In this document: piece after piece, positions 18,428 to 30,255 of the stretch | Layout: each line of letters begins with the position of its first letter | How positions within the stretch are numbered: the stretch's first letter is position 1 | Assembly: GCA_965140445.1 (NCBI GenBank) | Contig: OZ223236.1 | Coordinates: 1,888,001 to 1,952,000 of the forward strand | DNA: 64,000 nt | Source: Candidatus Ozemobacteraceae bacterium | Lineage (GTDB): Bacteria; Muiribacteriota; Ozemobacteria; Ozemobacterales; Ozemobacteraceae | Reading direction: 5' to 3' | The notes under the pieces: model-generated | Seen by the model: the letters and a program-made list of their open reading frames with translations, nothing else | Database searches by the model: none | What the model was told of the DNA's origin: nothing | Translations under genes and position numbers: made by a program

Positions 18428-21091
18428 ATGCAAAATTCCTTATATTTACGAAGAAAATTACTTATTTTTTCCATTCTTTTTATTCTTTTTTCGGGTGTAG
18501 CTTCTTTTGCACAGAATGCTTATACAAGAGCAGATACTGATAAATCAGGAAAAGAACATGTTAAGAAAGCTGATGTTCTTACCTTAAAAAGAGTTCCCAA
18601 AGAAAGAACCCAAGATTTATTGACATCAGAAGAGAAATTGGAAGCTGAAAATGTCTACGTAAAAAGAAGAATTGCCGAATTGCAAAATGCATTAGAAAAC
18701 AAAGTCCGAGAAGAAATTGTAAATTCTGAGTTAAAAAAGATCACTATAAAAAAAGCGGATAAGGAATATAGCGAGCTGAAAGAGCTTAAAAAGCTTGAAG
18801 TGCCAGTTATAGATGAAAATGAAATTGACAGGAAAGTTAATGAAAAATTAGAAAGAGAAATCTTATTGAAGAATTTCGGAAGTGGATTTTTTGAAGGTGG
18901 CCAGCAAGATGTATTGGACATGGAAAGCGGTTCTGCACCTTCAACCTATTTGCTGGGACCCGGAGATGAGTTAAAAATAATTGTCTGGTCAGAAATGGGA
19001 GACGAAACTGTATATGATGTAAAAGTGAACCCAGAGAATCAAGCCTATGTGCCAGTAATTGGCGTTATGGGGGTTTCTGGCTTAACAGTAGATCAATTTG
19101 AAGAAATGGTTCTAGGAAAGCTTTCTGAGAAATTCAAGCATTTTAAGGGACAAGTTACTCTTACAAAGATCAGAACTATTCAAGTATATGTGGTTGGCGA
19201 AGTTAAAAAACCCGGAGCGATGGTTATATCGGGCTTGGCAACAGCTTTCTCAGCACTTTATAAGGCTGGTGGACCAACTGAACGTGGAAGCATGCGGAAT
19301 ATTAAAGTTTTGAGGACTTCAGGAGAAACACATAAGATAGACCTCTATAATTATTTTCTTTCTGGCGATAAAAGCCAGGATGTTTCACTTGTAAACGGAG
19401 ATACTATATTTGTTCCTTCATTTGAAAACCGCGTTAAGGTAGAGGGAATGGTTGTTAAGCCAGGTTATTACGAATTTAAGCCAGGACAAAGTTTAGGTGA
19501 CCTGTTGAAAATGGCTGGAAATATTGAGGCCGGTGCTTATTCTGGGAGTATTAAAATCCTGAGGTGGACGGGGAATAAAGATAGAAGAATTTTTGATCTT
19601 GATGTTGCCAATTCTCAGGCTGTAAACAGCTTTAAACTTGTAAATGGCGATGTAATCATCGTGAAAAAAGGAATTACAAAGGTTGGAAATCTTGTTTCCA
19701 TTGAGGGCGCAGTAAGAAAACCGGGAGATTATTCGGCTTCAGCAGGTTTAAAAGTAAAGGACTTAATTCTGCGAGCTGGTGGGCTAATAGATGAAAAAGT
19801 TGGTTTGAAATACGGTAGAATTTATCGTCAAACGACTGAGGGCAAAGAAGAAATTTTATCTTTTAATACCAGGTGGGCAATTATCGGCGATAAAAACCAC
19901 AACCTGGAATTGAAACCCATGGATAAAGTTAAGATTTTTGCTTTCGATGAGCTGGAAGCTGATAATCAGAGCGTTAACATTGATGGAGCGGTCAGAAGAA
20001 CTGGTGAATATGTATTTCGAGAAGGAATGAGAGTTTCTGATTTAATTTACAAAGCCAGGGGACTTTCGCTCGACGCATCTGGTGAAGCCGAGTTGGCAAG
20101 AGTTGCTGCCAATGGTATTAGCAGCGAGGTTAAGTCTTTTAATGTAAAAAGCGCTCTTGCAAATCCGCAATCTGAAGAAAATTATCTTCTAAAGCCTTTA
20201 GATCGATTGAGCATATTGTCTAATGGAGATCGAATTATTGAGCCTGAAATTATTGTTTTGAAAGGGCAGATTAAAAGACCTGGCCCTTACGCATTGAAAG
20301 AAAGAGGCGAAAGTATATCCAGTCTGATTAAACGGGCGGGCGGCCTCACAAGAGATGCATTTCCTGAGGGTGCTGTTTTCTTGAGAAAGGTTGAAAACAT
20401 AGCATCTGATAAACAGCTTGAAACGGCAGAAAATGTTCAGAAGGAAATGTTTAAGCAGGCAACTCTTGATTTGCGTGCAGATTTATTGAGAGCTGGGGCA
20501 AAACTTGATGATGTTTCAGAAGTAAAAAAGGATGCCGGAGCTATTCAGAATGTAAGCCAGGATACTAAAAACTCTGAAGGTATAGATCAACTGGTTTCAA
20601 AAAATGAAAATGCTTCTGAGCAGACTTCTGGGTTTGGCGGAATGGAAATGAGATCCAGGGATATTTTGAAAAAAATGGTTCGAATTCCTCTTCCACTGGC
20701 TGAAATCCTTTCTGGAAAAGGTGACAAGTATGACGACATTGGTTTGCTTGAGGGTGACCAGATAACAATTCCAATGATTCCAAGAACTGTTTCTGTTGTA
20801 GGAGCAGTTGTAAATCCAACAACCATAATGTATAAAAGTGGCCGATCTGTTGGCTACTACGTAAACAGAGCTGGTGGTTTCACAGAGCACTCCAATCACA
20901 AACGAACAGTTGTTGTTAAATCTAACGGAGAAGTTATTCCGCTTAGAAATGCTCGCAAAATTGGTCGAGGAGACATTATCCTTGTGCCACCAAAACCAAA
21001 ACTCATTAAGCCAAATAAACTCCAGGAAACTGCTGAGATTGCCAAAATTCTGGGGAACCTGGCTGTAATGTATGAAGTAATTAAAAGATAA
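18428..21091 (+). CDS. Polysaccharide export protein with multiple SLBB domains (KpsD/Wza-like)
   Basis: YLLGPGDEL Poly_export motif, repeated VxGxVxxPGxY..L..AGG SLBB units; ATG 18428 has an AGGTG SD and signal peptide. Confidence 0.88.
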   Translation: MQNSLYLRRKLLIFSILFILFSGVASFAQNAYTRADTDKSGKEHVKKADVLTLKRVPKERTQDLLTSEEKLEAENVYVKRRIAELQNALENKVREEIVNSELKKITIKKADKEYSELKELKKLEVPVIDENEIDRKVNEKLEREILLKNFGSGFFEGGQQDVLDMESGSAPSTYLLGPGDELKIIVWSEMGDETVYDVKVNPENQAYVPVIGVMGVSGLTVDQFEEMVLGKLSEKFKHFKGQVTLTKIRTIQVYVVGEVKKPGAMVISGLATAFSALYKAGGPTERGSMRNIKVLRTSGETHKIDLYNYFLSGDKSQDVSLVNGDTIFVPSFENRVKVEGMVVKPGYYEFKPGQSLGDLLKMAGNIEAGAYSGSIKILRWTGNKDRRIFDLDVANSQAVNSFKLVNGDVIIVKKGITKVGNLVSIEGAVRKPGDYSASAGLKVKDLILRAGGLIDEKVGLKYGRIYRQTTEGKEEILSFNTRWAIIGDKNHNLELKPMDKVKIFAFDELEADNQSVNIDGAVRRTGEYVFREGMRVSDLIYKARGLSLDASGEAELARVAANGISSEVKSFNVKSALANPQSEENYLLKPLDRLSILSNGDRIIEPEIIVLKGQIKRPGPYALKERGESISSLIKRAGGLTRDAFPEGAVFLRKVENIASDKQLETAENVQKEMFKQATLDLRADLLRAGAKLDDVSEVKKDAGAIQNVSQDTKNSEGIDQLVSKNENASEQTSGFGGMEMRSRDILKKMVRIPLPLAEILSGKGDKYDDIGLLEGDQITIPMIPRTVSVVGAVVNPTTIMYKSGRSVGYYVNRAGGFTEHSNHKRTVVVKSNGEVIPLRNARKIGRGDIILVPPKPKLIKPNKLQETAEIAKILGNLAVMYEVIKR

Positions 21092-21113
21092 CTAACTTGG
21101 AAAGGGGAAGAGT

Positions 21114-22463
21114 ATGAATCCTGTTAGTAAGATAGAAAAAGTTGTTAAGAGAAATGGTAGAGTCGTTAATTTTGATAAAGAGAAGATTGCCAATGCAATT
21201 TTCAAAGCCGCAGTAAATGTCGGTGGTCAGGACAGAAAGTTAGCTGAAATTTTAACTGAAAAAGTTGTTCATCAGCTTGAATTAGACTTAAAACCTAACA
21301 TGTACCCTTCTGTTGAAGAAGTTCAGGATTTAATTGAAAAAGAATTGATAGAAGCCGGACATGCCAAGACTGCAAAAGAATTTATTTTGTATCGTTTTGC
21401 ACATAACAAACTCAGAGAAGGCCGAGAAAAGCAAAGCGTTACTTCATCTGGAAATGTGCCATACAAAAAAATATGGCAGGTTTTATCCTGGGCCTTAGAT
21501 CATGAAGCTTATAGTGTTGAAAAAATTAACCAGCACATTAAGAATGGAACATATCCACAGTTGGTGAAAGATGCTACGGCAAAATATGACGCGGATATCG
21601 CATCAGCTGTAGAAAAAATCATTGCCAGAAAAGATAAAGTTAGAATCGTTATTATTGCTGGTCCTTCAAGTTCTGGAAAGACCACTACGACAATCAAAAT
21701 TGGTGAACATCTGCAAAAGCAAGGATACGAGCTTGTAGCAATGAATCTTGATAACTATTACTTTGATCTTGAGCATCACCCGCAAGATGAGTTTGGGGAT
21801 TATGATTTTGAAACTCCAGAAGCTCTTGATCTTAAATTGATTAATGAGCATCTTGCAGATTTACTTGATGGTAAAACCATTCAAATGCCAAGATACAATT
21901 TCAAAACCGGAAAGCGCGAAGAACAAACTGACCCAATGAAATTGGAAGATAATCAGATTCTTTTGCTTGATAGTTTGCATGGTCTCTATGGCCCGATGAC
22001 AGATAGTGTTTCAGATGAGAAAAAGTTTAAACTTTATATTGAGACCCTTTGTCAGATTAAAAATAATGATGGTGAATTCATTCGCTGGACTGATGTTAGG
22101 CTTCTTCGCAGAATGGTTAGAGATTCCTGGCACAGAAGTTATAATCCTCGCCAGACCCTGGAGCATTGGCACTATGTTCGTAGATCCGAAATTCAGCACA
22201 TAATTCCTTTCCTGGGAACTGTGGATCATATTATTGATGGATCATTACCTTACGAATTGCCAATCTATAAGAAATACCTTTTCCATCATTTTCCTGATTT
22301 CGTGAAAGATTATAAAGACGACCCAAAACGACAGGACGCTTATTATAGAGCTAAGCGTGTTTATGACCTGCTCGAATCTATCGAAGTATGGGAAGATGAA
22401 TCTGTAATTCCAAAAGATGTTCTTATTCGGGAATACATTGGCGGAAGTATTTACGAATACTAA
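21114..22463 (+). CDS. ATP-cone domain fused to uridine/nucleoside kinase-like P-loop domain
   Basis: N-terminal VVKRNGRVVNFDKEKI..AI..A..VEEVQD.IEK.L ATP cone; IAGPSSSGKTTT, LDNYY, YDFETPEALD, RLLRRMVRD. Confidence 0.85.
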   Translation: MNPVSKIEKVVKRNGRVVNFDKEKIANAIFKAAVNVGGQDRKLAEILTEKVVHQLELDLKPNMYPSVEEVQDLIEKELIEAGHAKTAKEFILYRFAHNKLREGREKQSVTSSGNVPYKKIWQVLSWALDHEAYSVEKINQHIKNGTYPQLVKDATAKYDADIASAVEKIIARKDKVRIVIIAGPSSSGKTTTTIKIGEHLQKQGYELVAMNLDNYYFDLEHHPQDEFGDYDFETPEALDLKLINEHLADLLDGKTIQMPRYNFKTGKREEQTDPMKLEDNQILLLDSLHGLYGPMTDSVSDEKKFKLYIETLCQIKNNDGEFIRWTDVRLLRRMVRDSWHRSYNPRQTLEHWHYVRRSEIQHIIPFLGTVDHIIDGSLPYELPIYKKYLFHHFPDFVKDYKDDPKRQDAYYRAKRVYDLLESIEVWEDESVIPKDVLIREYIGGSIYEY

Positions 22464-22471
22464 TTCTAAGT

Positions 22472-22510
22472 AAAAAAAAGGGGCTGGTAATTAAGTTACC
22501 AGCCCCTTTT
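22472..22510. terminator. Bidirectional intrinsic terminator
   Basis: AAAAGGGGCTGGTAA-ttaag-TTACCAGCCCCTTTT between convergent genes, T tracts on both strands. Confidence 0.9.
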
Positions 22511-22520
22511 GCTATTTAAC

Positions 22521-22916
22521 TTATAAAATGCTAATTACAACTCTTCGAGTTCTGGGACCATCAAATTCACAAAAGTAAATTCCTTGCCAGGTTCCTAAAA
22601 CTATTTCTCCGTTGTTTACGATAAATGGATGGCAACTTCCAAACAAACTGGATTTCATATGGGCGTGGCTATTACCCTCTCCATGGCGATCTTGTGGATC
22701 GTTTGTTGGGAAAATTTTCTCAAAACGCCTTATTAAATCTGTTACAACATCTGGATCAGCATTCTCATTAACAGTTATTGCAGCTGTTGTGTGTGGTACA
22801 GAAACCAGTATATGCGCATCCTTAACTCCAGATTCTCTTACGGCCTTTCTGACCAGATGAGTAATATCTGTGAAAGATTGAGGTCCACTTGTTTTTATCG
22901 TTTCTTCAAAAATCAT
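22521..22916 (-). CDS. yjbQ: YjbQ family (UPF0047) protein
   Basis: PHTTAAITVNENADPDV, HGEGNSHAH, LGTWQGIYFCEFDGPR. Confidence 0.93.
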   Translation of the reverse strand: MIFEETIKTSGPQSFTDITHLVRKAVRESGVKDAHILVSVPHTTAAITVNENADPDVVTDLIRRFEKIFPTNDPQDRHGEGNSHAHMKSSLFGSCHPFIVNNGEIVLGTWQGIYFCEFDGPRTRRVVISIL

Positions 22917-22917
22917 T

Positions 22918-24375
22918 TCAGTTATTTTCCTTTCCAGTAATTATAAGAGCTTGTCCAGCAGGAATCGTTATCATTTCAGTGATTTCAGAAAGTAAAAATT
23001 CTGTAGAACCGTTTTCTGTAAACTGCGTAATTTTAGAGCAAGCCTTGATTCTATTTGGAAGAGCTATCTGGACGGAATTATGAAGATCAAAATTTGTGGC
23101 AACAAGTAAATGTTCAGATTGGCCACAACTTTTTACATAACCTCTAAGACCTGCAGAGCCTTTTTTCCATGAGCCGAAAGGAACTATTACCCCTTCCTTG
23201 TTGAAAATTTCATGACTAAATTTTATCTTTATCACATCTTTCATGAACTCTGGAAAGTCACTCTCAATTCCCAGATCAAATTCTGATTGGTCTGAGCAGC
23301 ATACATCTACTTTTTTAAACAGGGCTTTTTCCGATCCAGCAACAAACATCGTGTCGCTTGTCATTAGACCGGCAAGGGTGAAGTCCAGCTTCATAAGCTT
23401 AAGGATTTGATTACGTTGTGCTTGTTTAAGCTGCTTTATACTTGAAATTCCTTCATATTCACAGAATTGTCTTATTATTGCTTTATCGTTTAGTCCCTTT
23501 AGCTCTTCTGATCTTAGTGCTGCAAAAGCTTTCATCGATGGCATAAGAACGTCATGGCTACTAAAAATTGTGCAGGTTGGTAAACCACCAGATTGCTTAT
23601 AAAGCCTATAGATATCCGTTGGGATATAGATCCCACCGTCATACCAATACATGTTGTTAAAAAAGCGATCTGCTCCAGCTTCTATTCCTGATTTGGCTAA
23701 ATTTATCAGTTTATCCATTCCCAGATTTTCAGTTAGAAACCAGGACTCAGGGAATTTCTTCTTGGTTTCTTGAACTATTCTTTTTAAGCCTTCTGGGTCA
23801 AGTCCCCATGCAGCATCTATTCTGATTGAATTAACGTGAAATTTTTCCAGATGCGGATAAACCACTTTTTCGAGCCAAAAATCCTGTAATTCTTTGATAG
23901 AGTTGTCCAGAATAAATGCGCCCCAATTAATTCTTACCAGGTTTCCGTCCGCATCTACGTCGTCTGCTCCAGCTTCTAAGCCATTATTTTCTGAGTCGAT
24001 AAACCAGCTTCTATCTATACCCGCTGCTTGCCAATCGCAATGATTGAAGGGAATATCTATCATTCGATCCATTCCCTGTTCTTCAACAAATTTCATGAAA
24101 TTGGCAAAAGTGTTCCAATCATTAAAAAGTTTACATGGTTTTTCGTAATCGCTGACTACGTATGAGGAGAAGCTTGGAAGAAAATGTGGGAGAATTAATA
24201 AAACGTTAACTCCAATTTCTTTTAGCTCCAGCACATAACGCTTTAGGGATTCCAGACTATCAAAATAGCTGTGGGGGATATCAGCGTACACTTTCCCCTT
24301 TTTCTTATCGGGTAATGCGGCATGTGGTTGAATTTCTTTGTTGGTAAATATGGGAAAAAAAGTATTGGTGCTCAT
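22918..24375 (-). CDS. Alpha-amylase family (GH13-like) glycoside hydrolase
   Basis: Conserved regions DIPFNH (I), SIRIDAA (II, nucleophile D), LTENL (III, E), SSHDV (IV). Confidence 0.75.
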   Translation of the reverse strand: MSTNTFFPIFTNKEIQPHAALPDKKKGKVYADIPHSYFDSLESLKRYVLELKEIGVNVLLILPHFLPSFSSYVVSDYEKPCKLFNDWNTFANFMKFVEEQGMDRMIDIPFNHCDWQAAGIDRSWFIDSENNGLEAGADDVDADGNLVRINWGAFILDNSIKELQDFWLEKVVYPHLEKFHVNSIRIDAAWGLDPEGLKRIVQETKKKFPESWFLTENLGMDKLINLAKSGIEAGADRFFNNMYWYDGGIYIPTDIYRLYKQSGGLPTCTIFSSHDVLMPSMKAFAALRSEELKGLNDKAIIRQFCEYEGISSIKQLKQAQRNQILKLMKLDFTLAGLMTSDTMFVAGSEKALFKKVDVCCSDQSEFDLGIESDFPEFMKDVIKIKFSHEIFNKEGVIVPFGSWKKGSAGLRGYVKSCGQSEHLLVATNFDLHNSVQIALPNRIKACSKITQFTENGSTEFLLSEITEMITIPAGQALIITGKENN

Positions 24376-24416
24376 TTAACCGTCCTGAATATAGATAAAT
24401 AATATTTTAGTTCTAA

Positions 24417-26224
<1,808 letters not shown>

Positions 26225-27088
26225 TTACCCATCTATACCAGCAATTACTTCCGAGATTTCTCTCGTGATTATTGACTGTCGGGTTCTGTTAAAATCTAAT
26301 TTTAAGTCATCCATCATTTCTTCAGCTCTATCAGTAGCAGATGTCATAGCTGCCATACGCGAACTTTGCTCTGATGCTGATGACTCAATGATGGCTCTGT
26401 AAAGAATGTTGCGTATGTATCTTGGAATAATATTATTGAAGATTCCTTCGGCAGATGGATAAAAATCAAAGCCTGAATTTTTTTTCTTTTCTTTTATGTC
26501 GCCAAAGGCATTTTTATCAAGAGGAAGCATTTTTATCTGAGTCAAATATCGTTTTACTGGTGAAACAAAACTGGTGTAAAGCAAAAATAGCTCGTCAATT
26601 TCTCCTGTTTTAAATGAGTTGAAGAGTTTTTCAGATGCTTCAAAAAGCTGTGTTCCATCATGGTGCCCAACTATATCTGGATATTCGGCTATGATTTCCA
26701 TTTTTGATCGTCTGAAAGTTGATAGACTCTTTTTTCCCATAAGAATAATCTTTTTTTCTGGTGATTTATGCTCTTGAATAATCGATAATGCAAATTTATT
26801 TATGTCGTGATTAAATCCTCCACACAATCCTCTTTCACCACTTATAACGATAAAGCCAGAACTTTTAACTGTTCGCCCTGTAATGCAGGGATGAGAAAAG
26901 TTTGAAGGTAACTCGTTGCTTATATTGTGAACGATTTGCTCCAGTTTGCTAACGTAGGATTTTGAGAGCTCTATTTTTTCCATAAGTCTGCCTAACTTAG
27001 CTGTCGACATGAGCTTCATTGCGCCAGTTATCTGCTGAGTTGTGGAAATGCCCTTCATTTTTTGTTTTATTTCTTTAAGGTTTGCCAT
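26225..27088 (-). CDS. atpG: ATP synthase F1 gamma subunit
   Basis: QITGAMKL, ERGLCGGFN, SEQSSRMAAM, RQSIITREI. Confidence 0.98.
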   Translation of the reverse strand: MANLKEIKQKMKGISTTQQITGAMKLMSTAKLGRLMEKIELSKSYVSKLEQIVHNISNELPSNFSHPCITGRTVKSSGFIVISGERGLCGGFNHDINKFALSIIQEHKSPEKKIILMGKKSLSTFRRSKMEIIAEYPDIVGHHDGTQLFEASEKLFNSFKTGEIDELFLLYTSFVSPVKRYLTQIKMLPLDKNAFGDIKEKKKNSGFDFYPSAEGIFNNIIPRYIRNILYRAIIESSASEQSSRMAAMTSATDRAEEMMDDLKLDFNRTRQSIITREISEVIAGIDG

Positions 27089-27094
27089 TAAAAG

Positions 27095-28708
27095 TTATGC
27101 CTTTTCAGCTTCCATCTGACTATCTGATTTTTCAGCTTCTTCACCATTTTCTGGCTTATCTGGTTTTTCTAATGGTTTGAGTTCTTCTGGATGATATTGT
27201 GGGCGATAAACATTTTCAAGGAAAGTCCGAATAATCTCGGTAAAAGAATTTTCCAGCTCAATTGTGAACTCTGGATCTTTTTTTAATTTGAGCATAATTT
27301 CGGGATGCTTTTGGTGGACATACTTTAACAAGAACTTTTTAAATCTACCAATTTCTGTTTTTGCCAGGCTGTCTGTAAAGCCCTTTGTTGCAGCCATAAT
27401 ACTGATTATTTGATCTTCAAACGACATTGGCTGGAATTGTTTTTGTTTAAGCATTTCGACAAGACGTTCGCCTCTTGAGAGCTGATCTTGAGTAGCTTTA
27501 TCAAGATCCTTGGAGAACTGAGAGAATGCGGCCAACTCTCTGAATTGAGCCAACTCAAGTCTCAATGGCCCGGCAACCTTTTTCATCGCTTTAACTTGAG
27601 CGTTTCCTCCAACACGCGAAACGCTTAGTCCAGCATTAATCGCCGGGCGAACTCCGCTATTGAAAAGAGATGTTTCTAGAATAATTTGACCATCAGTAAT
27701 TGAAATCACATTGGTTGGAATGTAGGCGGAAGTGTCTCCTGCCTGAGTTTCAATTATTGGTATTGCTGTTAGAGAACCTCCGCCAAGCTGTTCATTCATT
27801 TTGGCAGCGCGTTCAAGAAGTCTTGCATGAAGATAGAAAATATCTGATGGATAAGCTTCTCGTCCAGGCGGTCTTCTTAAAAGTAGAGAAACCTGTCGAT
27901 ACGCAACCGCGTGTTTACTCAAATCATCATAAACGCAAAGAACATGTTTGCCTTTGTCTCTAAAGAATTCGCCCATTGAACAACCGCTATAGGGTGCTAT
28001 AAATTGCAACGGTGCAGGATCAGATGCGGAAGACGCTACGATGATCGTATGAGCCATTGCATCATGTTTCTTTAAGCTCTCAACAACCTTTGAAATGGTG
28101 GACATTTTTTGGCCTATGGCGACATAAACACAAATAACGTCTTTGTCTTTTTGGTTGATGATTGCGTCCAATGCAATTGCGGTTTTACCTGTTTGTCTAT
28201 CACCAATAATTAACTCACGTTGTCCACGCCCAATTGGAATTAATGCATCTATGGCTTGAACTCCTGTGGCCAGGGGTTCTTTAACAGGTTGGCGCTGAAT
28301 GATATTTGGGCTTGAGGTTTCTACAGGTCGGTGATCTTCTGGGATGATGGGGCCTTCGCCATCAATCGGTTGCCCAAGAGCATTTACAACTCTTCCCAAT
28401 AAAGAGCTGCCAACAGGGATCGAAAGGATTTTCTCCGTATCTTTAACCAGATCGCCTTCATGAATTCCAGTGTCCGAGCCAAGAATTAAACAACCTACGT
28501 TATCCTCTTCAAGATTTAAAACGTAACCTTTAACGCCATTGGAAAACTCAACCAGATCGCCCGCCATTGCTTTAGGAAGACCATGAACCCTGGCAACACC
28601 GTCGCCAACTTGCAAAACGACTCCTGCTTCGATTGTTTTTAACTCGGTAGAGAATTGCTCTATTTCCCGTTTTAAAACAGAAATGATTTCGTCTGATCTA
28701 ATACTCAT
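27095..28708 (-). CDS. atpA: ATP synthase F1 alpha subunit
   Basis: [18 protein letters not shown]; start moved to ATG 28708 ([15 protein letters not shown]). Confidence 0.98.
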   Translation of the reverse strand: MSIRSDEIISVLKREIEQFSTELKTIEAGVVLQVGDGVARVHGLPKAMAGDLVEFSNGVKGYVLNLEEDNVGCLILGSDTGIHEGDLVKDTEKILSIPVGSSLLGRVVNALGQPIDGEGPIIPEDHRPVETSSPNIIQRQPVKEPLATGVQAIDALIPIGRGQRELIIGDRQTGKTAIALDAIINQKDKDVICVYVAIGQKMSTISKVVESLKKHDAMAHTIIVASSASDPAPLQFIAPYSGCSMGEFFRDKGKHVLCVYDDLSKHAVAYRQVSLLLRRPPGREAYPSDIFYLHARLLERAAKMNEQLGGGSLTAIPIIETQAGDTSAYIPTNVISITDGQIILETSLFNSGVRPAINAGLSVSRVGGNAQVKAMKKVAGPLRLELAQFRELAAFSQFSKDLDKATQDQLSRGERLVEMLKQKQFQPMSFEDQIISIMAATKGFTDSLAKTEIGRFKKFLLKYVHQKHPEIMLKLKKDPEFTIELENSFTEIIRTFLENVYRPQYHPEELKPLEKPDKPENGEEAEKSDSQMEAEKA

Positions 28709-28716
28709 GAGATCTC

Positions 28717-29298
28717 CTAAATGGCCAAAGAGGGTTGATTTAGGATGGTTGCCAGCCATTCACTATCAATTCTCGCCATTAAATCTTTCAATTGTTGCAA
28801 TCTGGCCCGGATAGAGTCGTCGATTACCTGCTCGGAAAAATAAACAACAATTCCTCCGAGGACTTCTCGATCAACAACTTCTCTAACCTGAATTTTTCCG
28901 AATTTTTTTTCTAGAACTTTATATAGTCTTGTTCTTTCTTCCTTTAATAAGGGAACAGCAGACTTTACTAAAAATCCTGTAATATTTTTTTCCTGCCTGT
29001 ATTCTCGCTCAATTTCTTCAGCAATTCGTTCAAGCAGATTTATTCTTTTCCTCTTAACCAAAAGACAGATGAAATCTAGAACCCTTTTCTCCGCTGTTTT
29101 CCCAAAAATTTTACAGAGGAGGTCTATTTTTCTATTGAGATGGATAGTGGGGTGGTTAAGAATTTCTGATAATCCATCGTAACCAAAATAAAGTGCAACA
29201 AATGCCTCAAAGTCACGGAAACAACTTTCAAAATCATCTTCGTGGATGGCAATAAGGAAAGCGTCTGCATATCTTTTGGCAATTAGTTTTTTTAGCAT
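28717..29298 (-). CDS. atpH: ATP synthase delta subunit
   Basis: AKRYADA, VLGGIVV..VIDDSI; operon position. Confidence 0.92.
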   Translation of the reverse strand: MLKKLIAKRYADAFLIAIHEDDFESCFRDFEAFVALYFGYDGLSEILNHPTIHLNRKIDLLCKIFGKTAEKRVLDFICLLVKRKRINLLERIAEEIEREYRQEKNITGFLVKSAVPLLKEERTRLYKVLEKKFGKIQVREVVDREVLGGIVVYFSEQVIDDSIRARLQQLKDLMARIDSEWLATILNQPSLAI

Positions 29299-29303
29299 TT
29301 TTT

Positions 29304-29984
29304 TTATCTCGGATGGTCTGGAAGCTCTTCTTCAAGTTTGTCGATTGTCTTCTTTATAAGTTCTCTATGCATTTCATCATCAATAGTTCGCTCAACAACC
29401 TTTTCTGCTGCCATTAGAGTCAGTTGGACCACTTCTTCTCGAATGTGCGCCCAAGCTGTTTGCCTTTCGAGGAAGAGGTCCATCTCACCTTTTTCGACAA
29501 TGTTCTCGGCTTTAATTTTGGCTTCTTCAAGAATTTCTTTGGTTTTTTCATTAGCCTGTCGAACAGCTTCTTGTTTGATTTGATAGCCTTCTTCTTCAAG
29601 TTTGGCTAAATGTTTTTCATATTCTTTTTTTAGCTCTTCAGATTTTTTCAAATTTTCTTCTGCTTCAATTCGCATTTTACCCAACTGAAGTTGTCTATCT
29701 TCTACGATCTGTTGAATTGGTAGAAACAGGAATTTTTTCAGAACCAATAAAAGTATAAAAAAGTTAATTGTCTGAGAAACTAGAATTTTCCAGTCAAATT
29801 CAAAGAGGGATGGTGCATGTTCTTCTTTGGCAACATTTTCAGTATGTTCCCCGGGTTGGCCTTGAATCACTTGTTCAGCAACAGGCGAATGCTCTGCTGC
29901 AAAAGCAAATGCAGAGAGGAATAGCGTGAACAAACATAGAAGCACAAGAGTGCGCTTCTTATTTAGAGAAAGGCTTAGATGCAT
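29304..29984 (-). CDS. atpF: ATP synthase F0 subunit b with N-terminal extension
   Basis: QTINFFILLLVLKKFLFLPI then long coiled coil, AAEKVV. Confidence 0.93.
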   Translation of the reverse strand: MHLSLSLNKKRTLVLLCLFTLFLSAFAFAAEHSPVAEQVIQGQPGEHTENVAKEEHAPSLFEFDWKILVSQTINFFILLLVLKKFLFLPIQQIVEDRQLQLGKMRIEAEENLKKSEELKKEYEKHLAKLEEEGYQIKQEAVRQANEKTKEILEEAKIKAENIVEKGEMDLFLERQTAWAHIREEVVQLTLMAAEKVVERTIDDEMHRELIKKTIDKLEEELPDHPR

Positions 29985-29994
29985 TGCAAATCGT

Positions 29995-30240
29995 TTACCA
30001 TTTTACGAATAAAAGAATAAGAGATACTAAAAGGCAATAAATAGCGAGAGATTCAACCATTGCAAGGCCGATGATCATAACAAATTTGATGTCTTTAGCC
30101 ATTTCTGGTTGTCTTGCCATGGCATCCATTGATTTGCCGATTACAATACTTTGCCCTATTGCTGCGAGCCCGCTGCCTACAGCAACACTGAAAGCAGCGC
30201 CAAGGGCATCTGCGACGTGACTTAGAGCCTGATAATCCAT
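29995..30240 (-). CDS. atpE: ATP synthase F0 subunit c
   Basis: ARQPE loop, ESLAIY, 81 aa. Confidence 0.97.
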   Translation of the reverse strand: MDYQALSHVADALGAAFSVAVGSGLAAIGQSIVIGKSMDAMARQPEMAKDIKFVMIIGLAMVESLAIYCLLVSLILLFVKW

Positions 30241-30255
30241 GAAATCCCTCCAGGA

